A stretch of DNA of 63,819 nt, counting the filler, from Folioceros fuciformis (lineage: Eukaryota), in NCBI GenBank assembly GCA_049999805.1. It is 8 parts of 8 records of this genome, joined end to end, with 100 filler letters (N's around TTAATTAATTAA, not from the genome) between each part and the next. Parts side by side here need not be neighbours in the genome. Positions count along the whole stretch, not along the records: positions 21,415 to 27,288 come from JBNGIO010003993.1; positions 27,389 to 36,483 come from JBNGIO010003995.1; positions 36,584 to 41,794 come from JBNGIO010003996.1; 5 more parts are not named here. One strand, 5' to 3'. The notes beneath the pieces were generated by a model. It was given only the letters and a program-made list of their open reading frames with translations, had not been told where the DNA came from and searched no databases. Positions 26,946-38,126 of this stretch are shown in pieces. The position numbers were made by a program, and so were the translations under genes. The first letter of the stretch is position 1, and the number at the start of each line of letters is the position of its first letter.

Positions 26946-27288
26946 CAGATTGTGGGTCACATATTGACGGAATCCATCCTTCTTGGGCTCCAGTGCGTTG
27001 GTCACAAGGGTCCCAGCCGGCAGAAGTGCGCCGATCTACCGGCGCACTGGTGCCCTAGCCGGCGGGAGTGCACTGGTAGACCAAATATACAAAATCTGGT
27101 ATATTGTATATACCGGTATATTGTACAACCAAATATACAAAATCCCGACCCCAGTGACCGGCGCACCGGTATATTGTATATAGTTCCGAGGCCAACCAGG
27201 ATGACCCAGTTTTTGTGTGAGACTTAACTTGAACTCGTCCTTTACTAGAACATGAAGTATTTTGAATAGCTTATGCGCCGGTTGACCG

Positions 27289-27388
27289 NNNNNNNNNNNN
27301 NNNNNNNNNNNNNNNNNNNNNNNNNNNNNNNNTTAATTAATTAANNNNNNNNNNNNNNNNNNNNNNNNNNNNNNNNNNNNNNNNNNNN
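27289..27388. other. Artificial contig-joining spacer
   Basis: N44-TTAATTAATTAA-N44. Confidence 0.97.
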
Positions 27389-27620
27389 GCCTTGTACCCT
27401 CTTGCTCTTTTTTCTTCCACCTTCGCTTAGGCCTCCTTGCTCCCTTGCTCCCCCTTGCTCCTTGTTCCCTCTTGCTCTCTCCTTCCACCTTTGCTTGGGC
27501 CTCCTTGTTTCCTCTTGCTCCTTACTCCCATGCTCCTTGCTCCCTTGCTGCCTCTTGCTCTCTCCTTCCACCTTTGCTTAGGCTTCCTTGCTCCCTCCTT
27601 CTCTCTTGCTTTGGGCCCAT
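27389..27620. repeat. Pyrimidine-rich low-complexity repeat (CTTGCTC)
   Basis: Repeated CCTTGCTC and CCTTCCACCTTTGCTT units. Confidence 0.6.
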
Positions 27621-27867
27621 CCAAGTCCTTTGTGATTGGCCTTCTCTTGCTTTGGGCCGATCCAAGCATCGCATTGTGATTGGATAAATTAGATATTAAT
27701 ATTATCCATACTATTTTAAACATATTATATATTATATATTAAAATAAAAATAAAAATAAAAATAACATTTATAGAATTGGATTATAGTGATTGGGAGTGC
27801 CTATTTTCCTAAAACAAGTAACATCTAACATTTACAGAAAAATAATATTTAACCTTTCTCCCCAACT

Positions 27868-28172
27868 ACGGAGTACCCAAACCTCTAACATTTTATAGAG
27901 GTATAACATTTAGGGAGGTCACATTTACGGAGTATCCAAACCTCTAACATTTTATAGAGGTATAACATTTAGGGACCTCTAACATTTTATAGAGGTATAA
28001 CATTTAGGGAGGTCACATTTACAGACGCACTGTGGGAGGTCACATTTACAGACGCACTGTGGGAGGTCAGACGCACTGTGGGAGGTCACATTTACAGACG
28101 CACTGTGGGAGGTCNNNNNNNNNNCACATTTACAGACGCACTGTGGGAGGTCACATTTACAGACGCACTGTA
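27868..28172. repeat. Compound tandem repeat (about 59-bp and 27-bp units)
   Basis: CCTCTAACATTTTATAGAGGTATAACATTTAGGGA x3, followed by (CACATTTACAGACGCACTGTGGGAGGT)n. Confidence 0.85.
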
Positions 28173-30689
28173 GGCATGGTTTTAGCCCTGGCACGGATTG
28201 CCCATTGTATTCCCATGCATTCTGACTGTCTAAAGAGACTATTTCTCGCATAGAGGGCTACCGCACTCATACCAATTTATGTGAAATGCTATTGAGTTAT
28301 GTAATCTATGTATAATAATTTACGTATGCGTGCCTTTCAATTCTTTAATCGCTGTACAATTGGAAAGGCAAGCCCTAACACGGCTTGCCCACTTCATTCC
28401 CATGCATTCTGAACGTCGAAAGAGTCGAAGAATCATTCTAAACTTGAATTCCTCAACCAGTAAAGTTTGGTCTGTAAAAGACCAACTATATTGCCATGGA
28501 TAGTTCTCACAACACATAAATAGTTCGGCCCAGAGAGAAGAGGTTTGGCAATTATTGTAAGCATGAAAGAAAAACAAACTTGAAGAGCTGGAGACAGGTG
28601 AAATATTTAGTTGACAGTTTCACGCTACCCTTTCGGCAGAGAGCCTTCGCCGCGGAAACCAGTTGCAGTCAATCGTTCCAAATCAGTTTTCTTTCATGCT
28701 GACAAGAATTGCGAAACATTTCTTCCCTTCTGGCCTGCCTGCTGCAAATTGTGGTTAGAATAATTTTCGACAATAGGTGTAGCTCTTCTGCCGCACAGTT
28801 CACAGGATAGCTGCTTACCATATCTACACAACCGTGGAGCGATTGTTTAGTGTCCGTTCAGCCAAACATGTAACGTCTAACGTGCAGGATGCTGGAAAAA
28901 AGACGGGGAGCTTATTACACAACCTACGCACTACATGATTTGGAACGCACAAATCATTTGAAACTAAGTCTCACCTCGTGCCAGATCATCTTCTTACCCC
29001 TCGATGACATTAAAGCTGACAATAGTTGCGATTTCTTTGCTGATCCATCAAAAACAGGTTACTAGCCTTGCGTGCTGTGAGTGATGCCTTCCCAAGACTG
29101 GTTAGCGTGCACAACCTTACATTTCCTCAACAATCACCTCTTTGAGAGCTCATCCGTGATAACACCCTGGTGGTGGCATTTCTGAGGAGGACGCGGAAGT
29201 GATACTGGGGTTCGTAGTCTGAGTGACAGATGCACACAACGCAGTATGTAGGCGTGGCACACATCTTACCCTGCCATCCAACGCTACAGGGTACTCTGCG
29301 TCTGTTTTCGCTGACAGCTTTCTGGATCTTTCCTCATGTTTTGACATAATTTTCCCAACCATAAATGTCCCATAATATCTCATACAGGGAAGCGTGGTTG
29401 GAGTCCGTTCCCAGGGATCCCATCAAAAGTCATCCAGCACCAACGTCCTGATGCAGCGGCTTTTGAGCAACCCTTCGAGAAAAAGCCTCGGTGAACGTGG
29501 AAGGACCTACGAACCTGTCAAACTCCACGATCAACTCTAGAACAGCATTGCACTCCAAAAATCGTGATCACCATGGCATCCATGTCATCGTCGCGAGCAT
29601 GCCGCGTATGATGACTATAGAGTTCAGTGATGCTGCTCTTTTCACACACTGCTTCCTACCCTCGTGTAACAAAGAATCTGTCAATTCAGAGCTTACAGAG
29701 AAGACGTTTGGAGAGCACTACCCAAGCCAGGGCTTCTCCAGGTACGGCCTCCACATCACGCTGCACACTCGTACAAAAAAGTGTCGGATGTGCAATGACG
29801 GAGAGATTGAAAAAAGAAGCAGGAGGATCTTGAGCGTCATTACCGTCAGTTCCTGATGAAGGCGATGTAGGAGTACTTCGTTCTCAACGGTTTCCACACA
29901 TAAATTATAGCTGTCATCCTCACAATAATCTTCCTCTGTGGAGCCCGAGGAAACGCCGGTGTTTCGCATACAGGTAAGTTGTGGGCTGCGAGGACTCAAC
30001 AAGCCACACCAAAACTTCCCGCGTGGAGTCACAACATGGACTGGCTAGAATTCCAGGACACACAATCTTCGACCCTGGGGCAGGTGACCGCGGTAGTGTG
30101 CATGGCCAGGACCCGTGCGATCACCGCATCACCTTCCGTATCCTTCAATGTAACCCTCATTCCGAGAATGTGGAGCCAGCAATGCCCAGAATGTCGGCCA
30201 ATAAAGGGGCTGGTAGGATGAAAAACCCAGTTCCTATGGCACTCCATCCCAAACTCTGCAAATTTAGGTAGTGCGCTGAACCATAAGATATGTCCGCCGG
30301 CTGATGTCTCCACATGGTCAATACCCACACAAGCTAAACCAGCTCCTGCAGCAAAATTTTGTCTTACAAGCCTGGTCATCTCTAGCTTTTATCTCACGCT
30401 TCTGCAACCATCTTGCTGCACATAGGGCACTCAGACCAATCTCCTTCGGCATGCAGTATTTGCGGACGGCTGCGGGCAGACCACGCTTCTACATACTCTA
30501 AGCTAGGGGATAAGAGGGCTAGGACGGATGTCTGGGATGGGGTGGGGAGCGGAACCAGTGTTGCCTCATACTCCAACCATCAAGTCGGCCTCGGCATCTG
30601 CAGACCACAACCTTGGGCGGCAGGAAGCACTCTCACCTACATCCCGAGACACCAAAAATGTCTCTAATACCCTACTTCTTCCTCTACCG

Positions 30690-31520
30690 CCTCAGCCGCA
30701 GGTGCAGCGGGCAGGAGCAGCAGCAGGGGCAGGGGTTGGCGTTGACTTGGATGGCCCCGAACATGCTGATACCTTCACTATAGCAGGTCGCATAAGTTTG
30801 GATCAGGTTCGGAAACCTCTCCTGAGCTCTTGTATGATAATGCCGTCCGGATATTCAGAAGTGTCTTCACGCATGATAGCCTCGTGCATCTGCACCAAAC
30901 AGAGGATCGCACATGCTCTGAGACCCGACAGCAACGCTTCCATACGAGATACGAAGTGGAGTGGAGTGGCCAATGAAAGACACCATACCTCTGGGTTGAA
31001 CTCTTTTACCACAACTTCCACCACTCACACTCCCAAGGATCTCATCACCTCCACAAACTACTTGTAGACGCTTTGATACCTGCTGCTTATCTTCTACTCT
31101 GCTTCCGTCTCCGTTTTAATGGCTCCCTTCTCCCTTTCGGAGTTGTCGCTCATAGGCAGCAAGGTTTCGATCACATCCCACTCATCAGAATGCGACAAGG
31201 ACACCTTCTCCCGCTCTAACCTTTTCCTGCAGAGGTCAAAGTCGGCATTCAGTCGGACGAACCGTTGATTCGCTAGGGAGCCGTCCTCCGCGAGAGACGC
31301 AACTTGCATCAACACAACAAGATTTCCTCACTTACTCCAAAAGCCGCAGTCGGCCCTCTAGGGTTGCCACAGCCTCGTCGCCCTCAGCCGCTAAAACCTC
31401 TCTAAATTCCTTCACCATAGAGTAGATCAGAGCAGCACCAAAACAGTAGCTTCAACTGAGGTCGAACATTCAAGAACCTGGTAACCTTCGGATTCCGTTT
31501 CGTCATCCTCCTCATCTTAC
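30690..31520 (-). pseudogene. Chloroplast-type GrpE (CGE) nucleotide-exchange factor pseudogene retaining an intron
   Basis: Translation reads RFVRLNADFDLCRKRLEREK..VIETLLPMSDNSEREKGAIKTETEAE*KISSRYQSVYK*FVEVMRSLGV*VVEVVVKEFNPE, then a GT-AG intron at 30988-30890, then MHEAIMREDTSEYPDGIIIQELRRGFRT*SKLMRPAIVKVSACSGP. These are typical GrpE motifs, with at least 4 in-frame stops. A transit-peptide-like region may extend to about 32000. Confidence 0.88.
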
Positions 31521-33245
31521 TGTTGCCGATCCACAAGAACTAGTCAGCAACAGCGAGCATCACGGAACTCCTCACCGTTCAAGAGACACACCAAAACTTA
31601 TCACACAACTCCATCACGCTCCGCCATGGACGAGACAACCGACACCCACTCCCGCACTCTAGGTCACAACACAGCAGCCATGCACGTCACTTAAGACCTA
31701 ACCGTACCAGGCAGTCCCACGCGACATCTGACCTTGGCTTCCCCCGGAGGAGCGCGCTGAGCCACCAGGGAGGGCTTGAGCCTGCGGGCGGCACGAGACG
31801 AGATCCTGCCCCCGCCCAGGCGCAGCGACAGGCACCGCAACCACGCGGCTCTGGCGCAGCTGGAGAGTCCACCGCTCACGCATGAGCGCACAAACCCGGA
31901 GGCTCTGGAGCGTGAAACATCTCAGGCAGCGGCTACATGAGTTGTTAAGGCCGCCAAGGCCGGCATGGCCCCTTCCACGACGCAAACTCCGTGCCGCTCC
32001 CGGCACCAAAATGCATGAAACCGGAGATTCCTTCAACCCCACACTCCAACAGGACCACCTGCGAGACACACTCTACAGTGCGATCGATGTGCGCTATGCT
32101 CCACCAGCCTCGAACTCTGCGCAACAATGACGAGTGAAGTCGATGTTCTTGACCGGATTCTACAAGTTTCGACAAACTCTCCCAAATTCCAAGGTCTATG
32201 GCGGGACCAGTCCTGAGTAGGGCCCTACGTATCCCGTTTGTTGCTTGTTAAACGGGACTACGGAGCCGGATTCCGCCCGAGCTCTGAGCAGGAAGCTTCT
32301 AGGCTCTTTCTTTTCGAGCCTTTTATCTTATCTCGTGCCTACCGTTCGTAGCATAGCATGGGAGACCTAGTCGTGAATGCAAAAAGAGAGCATATTTCAT
32401 CTCTTATGTATTGTAGTTTGAAACGATGGGAACGGTATGAATGTGTGTGAAATTGTCATGAGGCGGCCCGCACACCAATGCGTGCTTACACGTGGGGGAT
32501 GAAGAAGTGGCCGACAGACGTTGGCCATGGATCCCAGGCTTCCTTGGAGAGCTACACACAGCACAAGCCCAAGCCCGAGCCCGAGCCCGAGCCCAGGCCA
32601 CCACATGAGGCGAAGGTACACACCAGAAGGAAAGGAGAGGAGAGGAGAGGAGAAGAGAAGAGAAGAGAAGAGAAGATAAAGGACGAGAAGGGAAGGATGA
32701 AAGGAATCACGCAGGCTGATATCAGAAGGAGGACGCAAGGAAGGAATCCGGGTGGCCTGGTCCAAAGCTTGCCGGTCCCGCAGGACGAGTAAGACAGTGG
32801 CGCACTGATCCGGGGGGTAGTCACGTCACATGGCCTGGCAAGCGTGGTCCCGGCCCGCAGGTGGCGGTCGGAGGCATCCAAAACAGTACCTGTACCAGCA
32901 GAAGCAGATAAGTCTTGAAGCAGCTGGGAAGGCCAGAAAATTGGTGGAGGGTGCGTGAATGTGGCGTGGCCGGTGGCCTGACAGTGTCGGATCCCGGCTG
33001 GCCTGCGGTCCTTGCACCACTCCCAGCCTGGCCGAGTCCATGGCCGGTGCGGAACATGCGAATCTGGAGGCATTCAAATTCCAGCTCGGGGGCCCGACTC
33101 CCTCCGTCCCGCACTCGATCCGCGCTCCTGTTGCTGCATCGCAGCCTTCTTTCCTTGCCTCCGCCTCCAGCAGCAGCAGCAGCAGCTCAGGCTCCGGGTC
33201 CGGCGAAGAGGGAGAGGAAGAGGGAGGGGAAGAAGAGGAGGAAGC

Positions 33246-33974
33246 ATGGGTATCCCGGAAGTAGGCGACGTGAGCGAGGTGACGGGCGCCAGCGCGCTCA
33301 AGGCAGCCTTGGCGGAGTTCTTGGCCGTCTTCCTCTTCGTGTTCCTGGGAGTGGGCAGCGTGGTGGCGTACAACGGGATCCACGAGGGGGAGCTGGACGC
33401 GGCGGGGCTGACGGTCATCGCGCTGGCGCACGGGATCGGGATCTTCGTGACGGTGGCGGCCACGGCTGGGATCAGCGGTGGGCATGTCAATCCCGCCGTC
33501 ACCTTCGCGTTCGCGGTGGTGGGGAAGATCACCATCCTGCGGGGGCTGCTGTACTGGGTCGGGCAGTTGGCCGGGGCCGCCGCCGGGGCTGCGCTGCTCA
33601 AGCTCGCGGTTCCCAGCTACAGCCCGCTCCCGGTGCACCACCCCGGCGTCGGGGAGGGCACCTCGGCCGCCATCTTCCTGGAGATCGTGCTCACTTTCGC
33701 CCTCGTCTTCGTCATCTTCGCCACCGCCGTGGACGCCAAGAGCGTGATCGCGCCTCTGTCCATCGGCTTCACCGTCCTGGGTGCTCATTTCGTGGGCGTG
33801 CCCTTCACCGGAGCCTCCCTCAACCCGGCCAGGTCGTTCGGGCCTGCTCTCCTGGAGGGAGATTTCAAGGACCACTGGATCTACTGGGTCGGGCCTCTCG
33901 TGGGAGGTACCGTCGCCTCGCTGCTCTACGAGGGGCTCTTCCTCTCCCCGCCGCCGCCTGCCGGCTACGAGTGA
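33246..33974 (+). CDS. HIP1: Aquaporin (MIP family), intronless, 242 aa; the H/H/A/R selectivity filter indicates the Hybrid Intrinsic Protein (HIP) subfamily
   Basis: ATG at 33246 (MGIPEVGD...). AEF motif, SGGHVNPAVTF, GASLNPARSFGPA and HWIYWVGP are present. H2=His (LAHG), H5=His (LGAHF, where TIPs typically have I), LE1=Ala, LE2=Arg. Third codon positions are strongly G/C. Aquaporin identity is essentially certain; the HIP assignment rests on the filter residues. Confidence 0.88.
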   Translation: MGIPEVGDVSEVTGASALKAALAEFLAVFLFVFLGVGSVVAYNGIHEGELDAAGLTVIALAHGIGIFVTVAATAGISGGHVNPAVTFAFAVVGKITILRGLLYWVGQLAGAAAGAALLKLAVPSYSPLPVHHPGVGEGTSAAIFLEIVLTFALVFVIFATAVDAKSVIAPLSIGFTVLGAHFVGVPFTGASLNPARSFGPALLEGDFKDHWIYWVGPLVGGTVASLLYEGLFLSPPPPAGYE

Positions 33975-34741
33975 CCCGGCATCCCTGCGTCCATGCAGAT
34001 CGCTAGGAGGAGAGGGAGGCCTCGGTTGAGGCGGGTTTCGCGTCTTGGTACACACATCGTCCGTCGTCCATCGTCCTTGTCTGTATGTACATTTTGCAAT
34101 TCTTTGTACCACTCCACCCAGGAGGTCATGTCTTTGTTTGCCTCCTTTCCCTCGCAAAGGCTCTTTGTATAAGTGTGTGCATTCTAGACAAGGCGGTTGC
34201 TGCTTCACACCTTGCGACAGATGCAAGCAAAGTGGTGGATAAACGTGAGGGGATTTTCAGTTCCAGTTCCAGTTCCGGCCCACATTTGCGGACCATATGT
34301 AGCTGTTCCAGCTTTGCAACTGTCTTAGTGGTCGGTATCAGATGCAGCTGCGCTGCGGGTGTGTGTAGCTAGTAGTCAAGGAAAGTCTGATCGTGCACAT
34401 TTGTTATCTGCAATAATTGTTGAGGGAAAGGAGGGCCCGCACCTTGGCCTTCCCCTTTCTTCCCCTTCACGTAACCACCTTCTGTGTCTTCGCATGAGGA
34501 TTCCAATGGAGGCCGGCTTCGACAGCTCCTGCCAAATCAAGAAGGGAACGAGTCGGCACCGTCTCACACCATTTCCAAAATGAAAAGATTCCAGAAGTTA
34601 CGTGCGTGTCCAACAGCCTGACACGGCACTCGGATTTTTTGTGGATGTGATGATGGTTGGATGCTTGCTTACCTAGCCTGGAAGGTGATGGGCGGGCCAC
34701 AATCCAAAACAAGCCCCAAAAGCTGGACGACTTCCCCTGCT

Positions 34742-36386
34742 TCACACGAATATATCATGTTCCAAAAGTGTTGTACCACGCTGATTCTGCCTTTGCGCTC
34801 GGTGGTGAGACTGAATCCCTGTTTCGGATAGAGGTTTGGCAGTTTTGCTACAGCATAGATCCAGGATACTTGAGATGCTGCTGACTCTTCCAACAGGAGG
34901 AAGTTTGTCGTTGCAGGGGGGCACCACGCCCTCTGAAATGGACTCCAGCCTCCGGAAACGCTGAAACAGCTCGTCAACCGGGGTGTGCTCGGAGTTGAGC
35001 TCCACTACCAGCGACAGCCCTTCTGCTTGCTCCACATAGAATTCCATAATGGGTGGTTGACAGGGCGCCTCCCACGCTTCCGCAACATCTCCTTCTCTGT
35101 TGTCGAGGCCTGAGACATGGACAGACTTCTCCACCTCCTTTGCATTTATGAGAACATCAGTGTCACCGTCTTGTCCAGTGCCATCAGGATGGAACCTGTG
35201 GATACAACTCTGCCAAACACATACGGGAATACCAACAGTCAAGAAAGGGCGCACGTTCATGCACATCTGAAGACAACTTATCCCACGTGAGTGCGAATCA
35301 ATTACCAGTAGACACAAGGAAGACAAAGGTTGTATTTACTAGCCGATACGTGACGACACCGCATGAAATCTTAGGAGCAAAGCTGGGCAAAATACATACA
35401 TCATTGGGCTCTGCATCACCAACACCGGTACTACGCGGAACAGACGAGATGTTGGCAGCACCATCCAGCTCCACGGAGTCAATGACTGTCTCCCACACTT
35501 GAGGCTCCTCCTCTGGGGCCGTCACCCTCTCCGAACACGACGTCTTTACATGCTCTAAATGCTCCAAACTACTCGGAATGTCGACTGCCTCCACCCTGTT
35601 CCCTGGTCGTGCCTCGACCTGACATTCAGGTTTATTGACTTCAGGACCGTCGTCTTCCTCCCATACGAAGAGTTCCTCCACGGATGCCGTGAACCTCTCC
35701 AGCCTCTCGTACTTGTCACAAGGCTCATCATCCAAAAGACAACAATCTTCTGTGATAGCTGCTGCTCCGCACTGCTCTTCCTGCTCCTGCCCCTCGTTAG
35801 TCAGGCCACGCCACTCGGTCGGGGCATGTGCGAAGTGGTGCTGAACTGAATCCGAATGCAGTTGTGGTGAGCAACCCTCCTCATCTTTCAGCTCCTGCTT
35901 CACCTCCAGTACGTCGAAAAATTCGGGTCCGTTGTTCAGGATAGTTTGCAAGTCCTCGAATGCTGCAGTGCCACTGCCATCTGCACAGACTTCTGATTCG
36001 CAGGGTGCCCACGGTCCACCACCGGCGTGGTCGGCCAGAGGAACACAATCTTGGGGCTCCACCTTCGACACTGGAATCAGCTGCCCTGGAAGTCTCTCTC
36101 GTACAAGAAACTCGCTCTGCAACAGCAGTTCCCGTCGGTCAAACACCCTCCACCACACCTCAAAGATTCCACGGATTGCAAGAACCCAATGCAGGCACCA
36201 CATTCGCGTGCAAGAAATGACAAGAAATGCACCACTCACGTTGAACAAAGTGCAAAGAGCCTCCACCATTGCAGCAGAAGCTTTATTGGCAGGAATGCCG
36301 TGCTTCTTGCAAAGCCGCTGCAGCTGGCGCCGTGTCATCCCCCGGAAATAAATCATGTTCGTCTTCGGCCACCTTCCCATCATCAC
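34742..36386 (-). CDS. Multi-exon gene of unknown function with an N-terminal SAP/HeH-like motif and a long acidic low-complexity region; 3' structure unresolved
   Basis: The peptide FRGMTRRQLQRLCKKHGIPANKASAAMVEAL fits the plant SAP-like pattern R+ELQ.LCKK..IPAN..N..M..AL. Probable GT-AG intron at 36239-36117 (AAC|GTGAGT ... TTGCAG|AGC), then a long acidic exon to about 35400. Further splice-like sites extend towards about 34340, but I could not phase them. Confidence 0.6.
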
Positions 36387-36483
36387 ACCACCACCTCCTC
36401 CTCTTCCTCCCGCCCTTCAAGAACCTTCAGGACCCGTCCGGAGACAGACCTGGCTGCCTCATCTTCTCAGCCACGCCCTCCGC

Positions 36484-36583
36484 NNNNNNNNNNNNNNNNN
36501 NNNNNNNNNNNNNNNNNNNNNNNNNNNTTAATTAATTAANNNNNNNNNNNNNNNNNNNNNNNNNNNNNNNNNNNNNNNNNNNN
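36484..36583. other. Artificial contig-joining spacer
   Basis: N44-TTAATTAATTAA-N44. Confidence 0.97.
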
Positions 36584-36896
36584 GGGGGGTAGCATATATA
36601 GAGACCTAAGGGGTCCCGGACCACCAAAGGCCAAGGACATACCCCACTCACCTAGCTACAGACCTCGTCCATAATGTTCTCAATGACACGAGGGCCAAGG
36701 AGGCACTCGCTCATTCCCCCTCCTTGTCCCTGTCTCCAGTACACCCTAAACCCCGAAGCCCAAGAGGGACTTTGGGCATAAACACCCTAGTCTTATTTAC
36801 CTACTAAGCCGATTCGCCTGTCCCTTCACAAAAAACATCACAACCTGCTCACTCCGTCGCTCAAAATGGGGGTTCCGAATTTTTTTTTCGTTCACA
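36584..36896 (-). mobile_element. Terminal fragment of a B-related subfamily
   Basis: Homologous to 1225-1474; ends TTTTTTTCGTTCACA (the same terminal octamer as copy C). Confidence 0.6.
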
Positions 36897-38103
36897 CTTA
36901 CACATGCAAGGGCTGATCCTTGGGGAACAAAGCCTTGCGGATCAGCCACACCTCCCCACACACTCATGCACACTCCACTCACACACAAAACACACATGAG
37001 AGCTCTGGACCACAGTTATTCTTACAGGGTTGTCCCCGAGGGTCTCAATCTCCAACACTGTCCACCAATCTTCAGCAATTCTTTAGCAATCTCCCACAAT
37101 CCCTCATGAGCTTCAGCAAGCTCCCATAGCCATTAACAAATGTCTCAGAATCTCGTAGAAACTCTCCAGATTTTGCATCCAATCTTCAGCATTCTTCCTC
37201 CATTCTCCAGCAATCTTCTCAGTCGTTTTCTCTTCAGTTCTTCAGCAAGGTTCCAGCTCTTCCAACAACTTCAGCAACCTCTCACAGTCCTCCACAAACA
37301 TCCAGGGGTTCCTAAGAAAGAAATTCCCCAGCAATCTTGTCCAAACCTCAGCAAACAATCACCAAGAAATTTCTCAACGATTTCTCAGCAAATCTCCTCT
37401 AGCAATCTTCCACGGTTCTCTTCATTCTTCCAGCTCTCTCCCCTCACCAAATTTAGCACGCAGCTGATGGTTCAGGGAATAAGGGAAGGAGGAAATCTCC
37501 CTCCACTCCAACAGCGGTGGGTTCGTCCCCCTCTCCTCAGCTACGGACAAAAATCAGTCCTTACTCTCTTCTTCTCAACTCACTCCAGCTCCTCAGCCTC
37601 CTTCTCCTCCTCCTCTCAATCACTCTCAGCCTTCTCCTTCTCCTCAACTCAACACACTCTCTTCTCTCACTCTCTCCTTCTCCTCCTCAACTCACACTCT
37701 CTTCAACTCCAGATTAAAAATGCAGTCAACCAGCTCAGGGAATAAGGGAAGGAGTAGCTCTCCCTCCACTCTAGCAACGGTGGATTTGTCCCCCTCACTT
37801 TCCACTGCAAAACACAATTGGCTGTTCAGGGAATAAGGGAAGGAGGTGCTCCTTCCACTCCAGCAACGGTGGATTTGTCCCCCTCACTTTCAGCATATAT
37901 AGACCTCCTGGTACCCCCCCTCTCCTCCAAAGGCCAAGGACGTCTAGCCACCCCCAGACACTTGGTCTGGCCACTGATTCGTCCAAAGTACCCAAGTCTT
38001 ATTCACAAGCTAAGCCGTTTCACTCGCACTTCCACAAAAAAAAATCACAACCTACGTCTTCTGTTTCTCAAAATGGGAGTTCCAAAAGTTTTTTTCCTCT
38101 ACA
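36897..38103 (-). mobile_element. ORF-less B-family derivative with three copies of the conserved hairpin motif
   Basis: Ends TTTTTCCTCTACA at 38103. 37893-38103 is near-identical to 1234-1474 apart from an internal deletion. Motif copies at 37473, 37735 and 37826. Confidence 0.65.
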
Positions 38104-38126
38104 ATACCCTAGATAATCGAGCATAG

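Noticed and set aside
31164-31190. Hammerhead-like CTGATGA...GAAA on the minus strand (similar cores at 11416, 13752 and 58029)
   Set aside because: Stem II cannot form and stems I and III are missing. The 31164 hit lies within GrpE-coding sequence.
30803-31340. RNA editing (U-to-C) rescuing the GrpE stops
   Set aside because: Such editing is organellar, while this locus has a spliceosomal intron, a stop probably derived from GGA, a frameshift and missense decay.
33012-33245. N-terminal extension of the aquaporin ORF (320 aa, with poly-Q and RG repeats) in the ORF track
   Set aside because: It starts at a non-ATG codon and runs through CAG/GA-rich 5'UTR-like sequence; MIP homology begins at the ATG at 33246.
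32826-34226. 466-aa minus-strand ORF and other long ORFs overlapping the aquaporin
   Set aside because: Shadow frames of a GC3-rich gene with no recognisable motifs.
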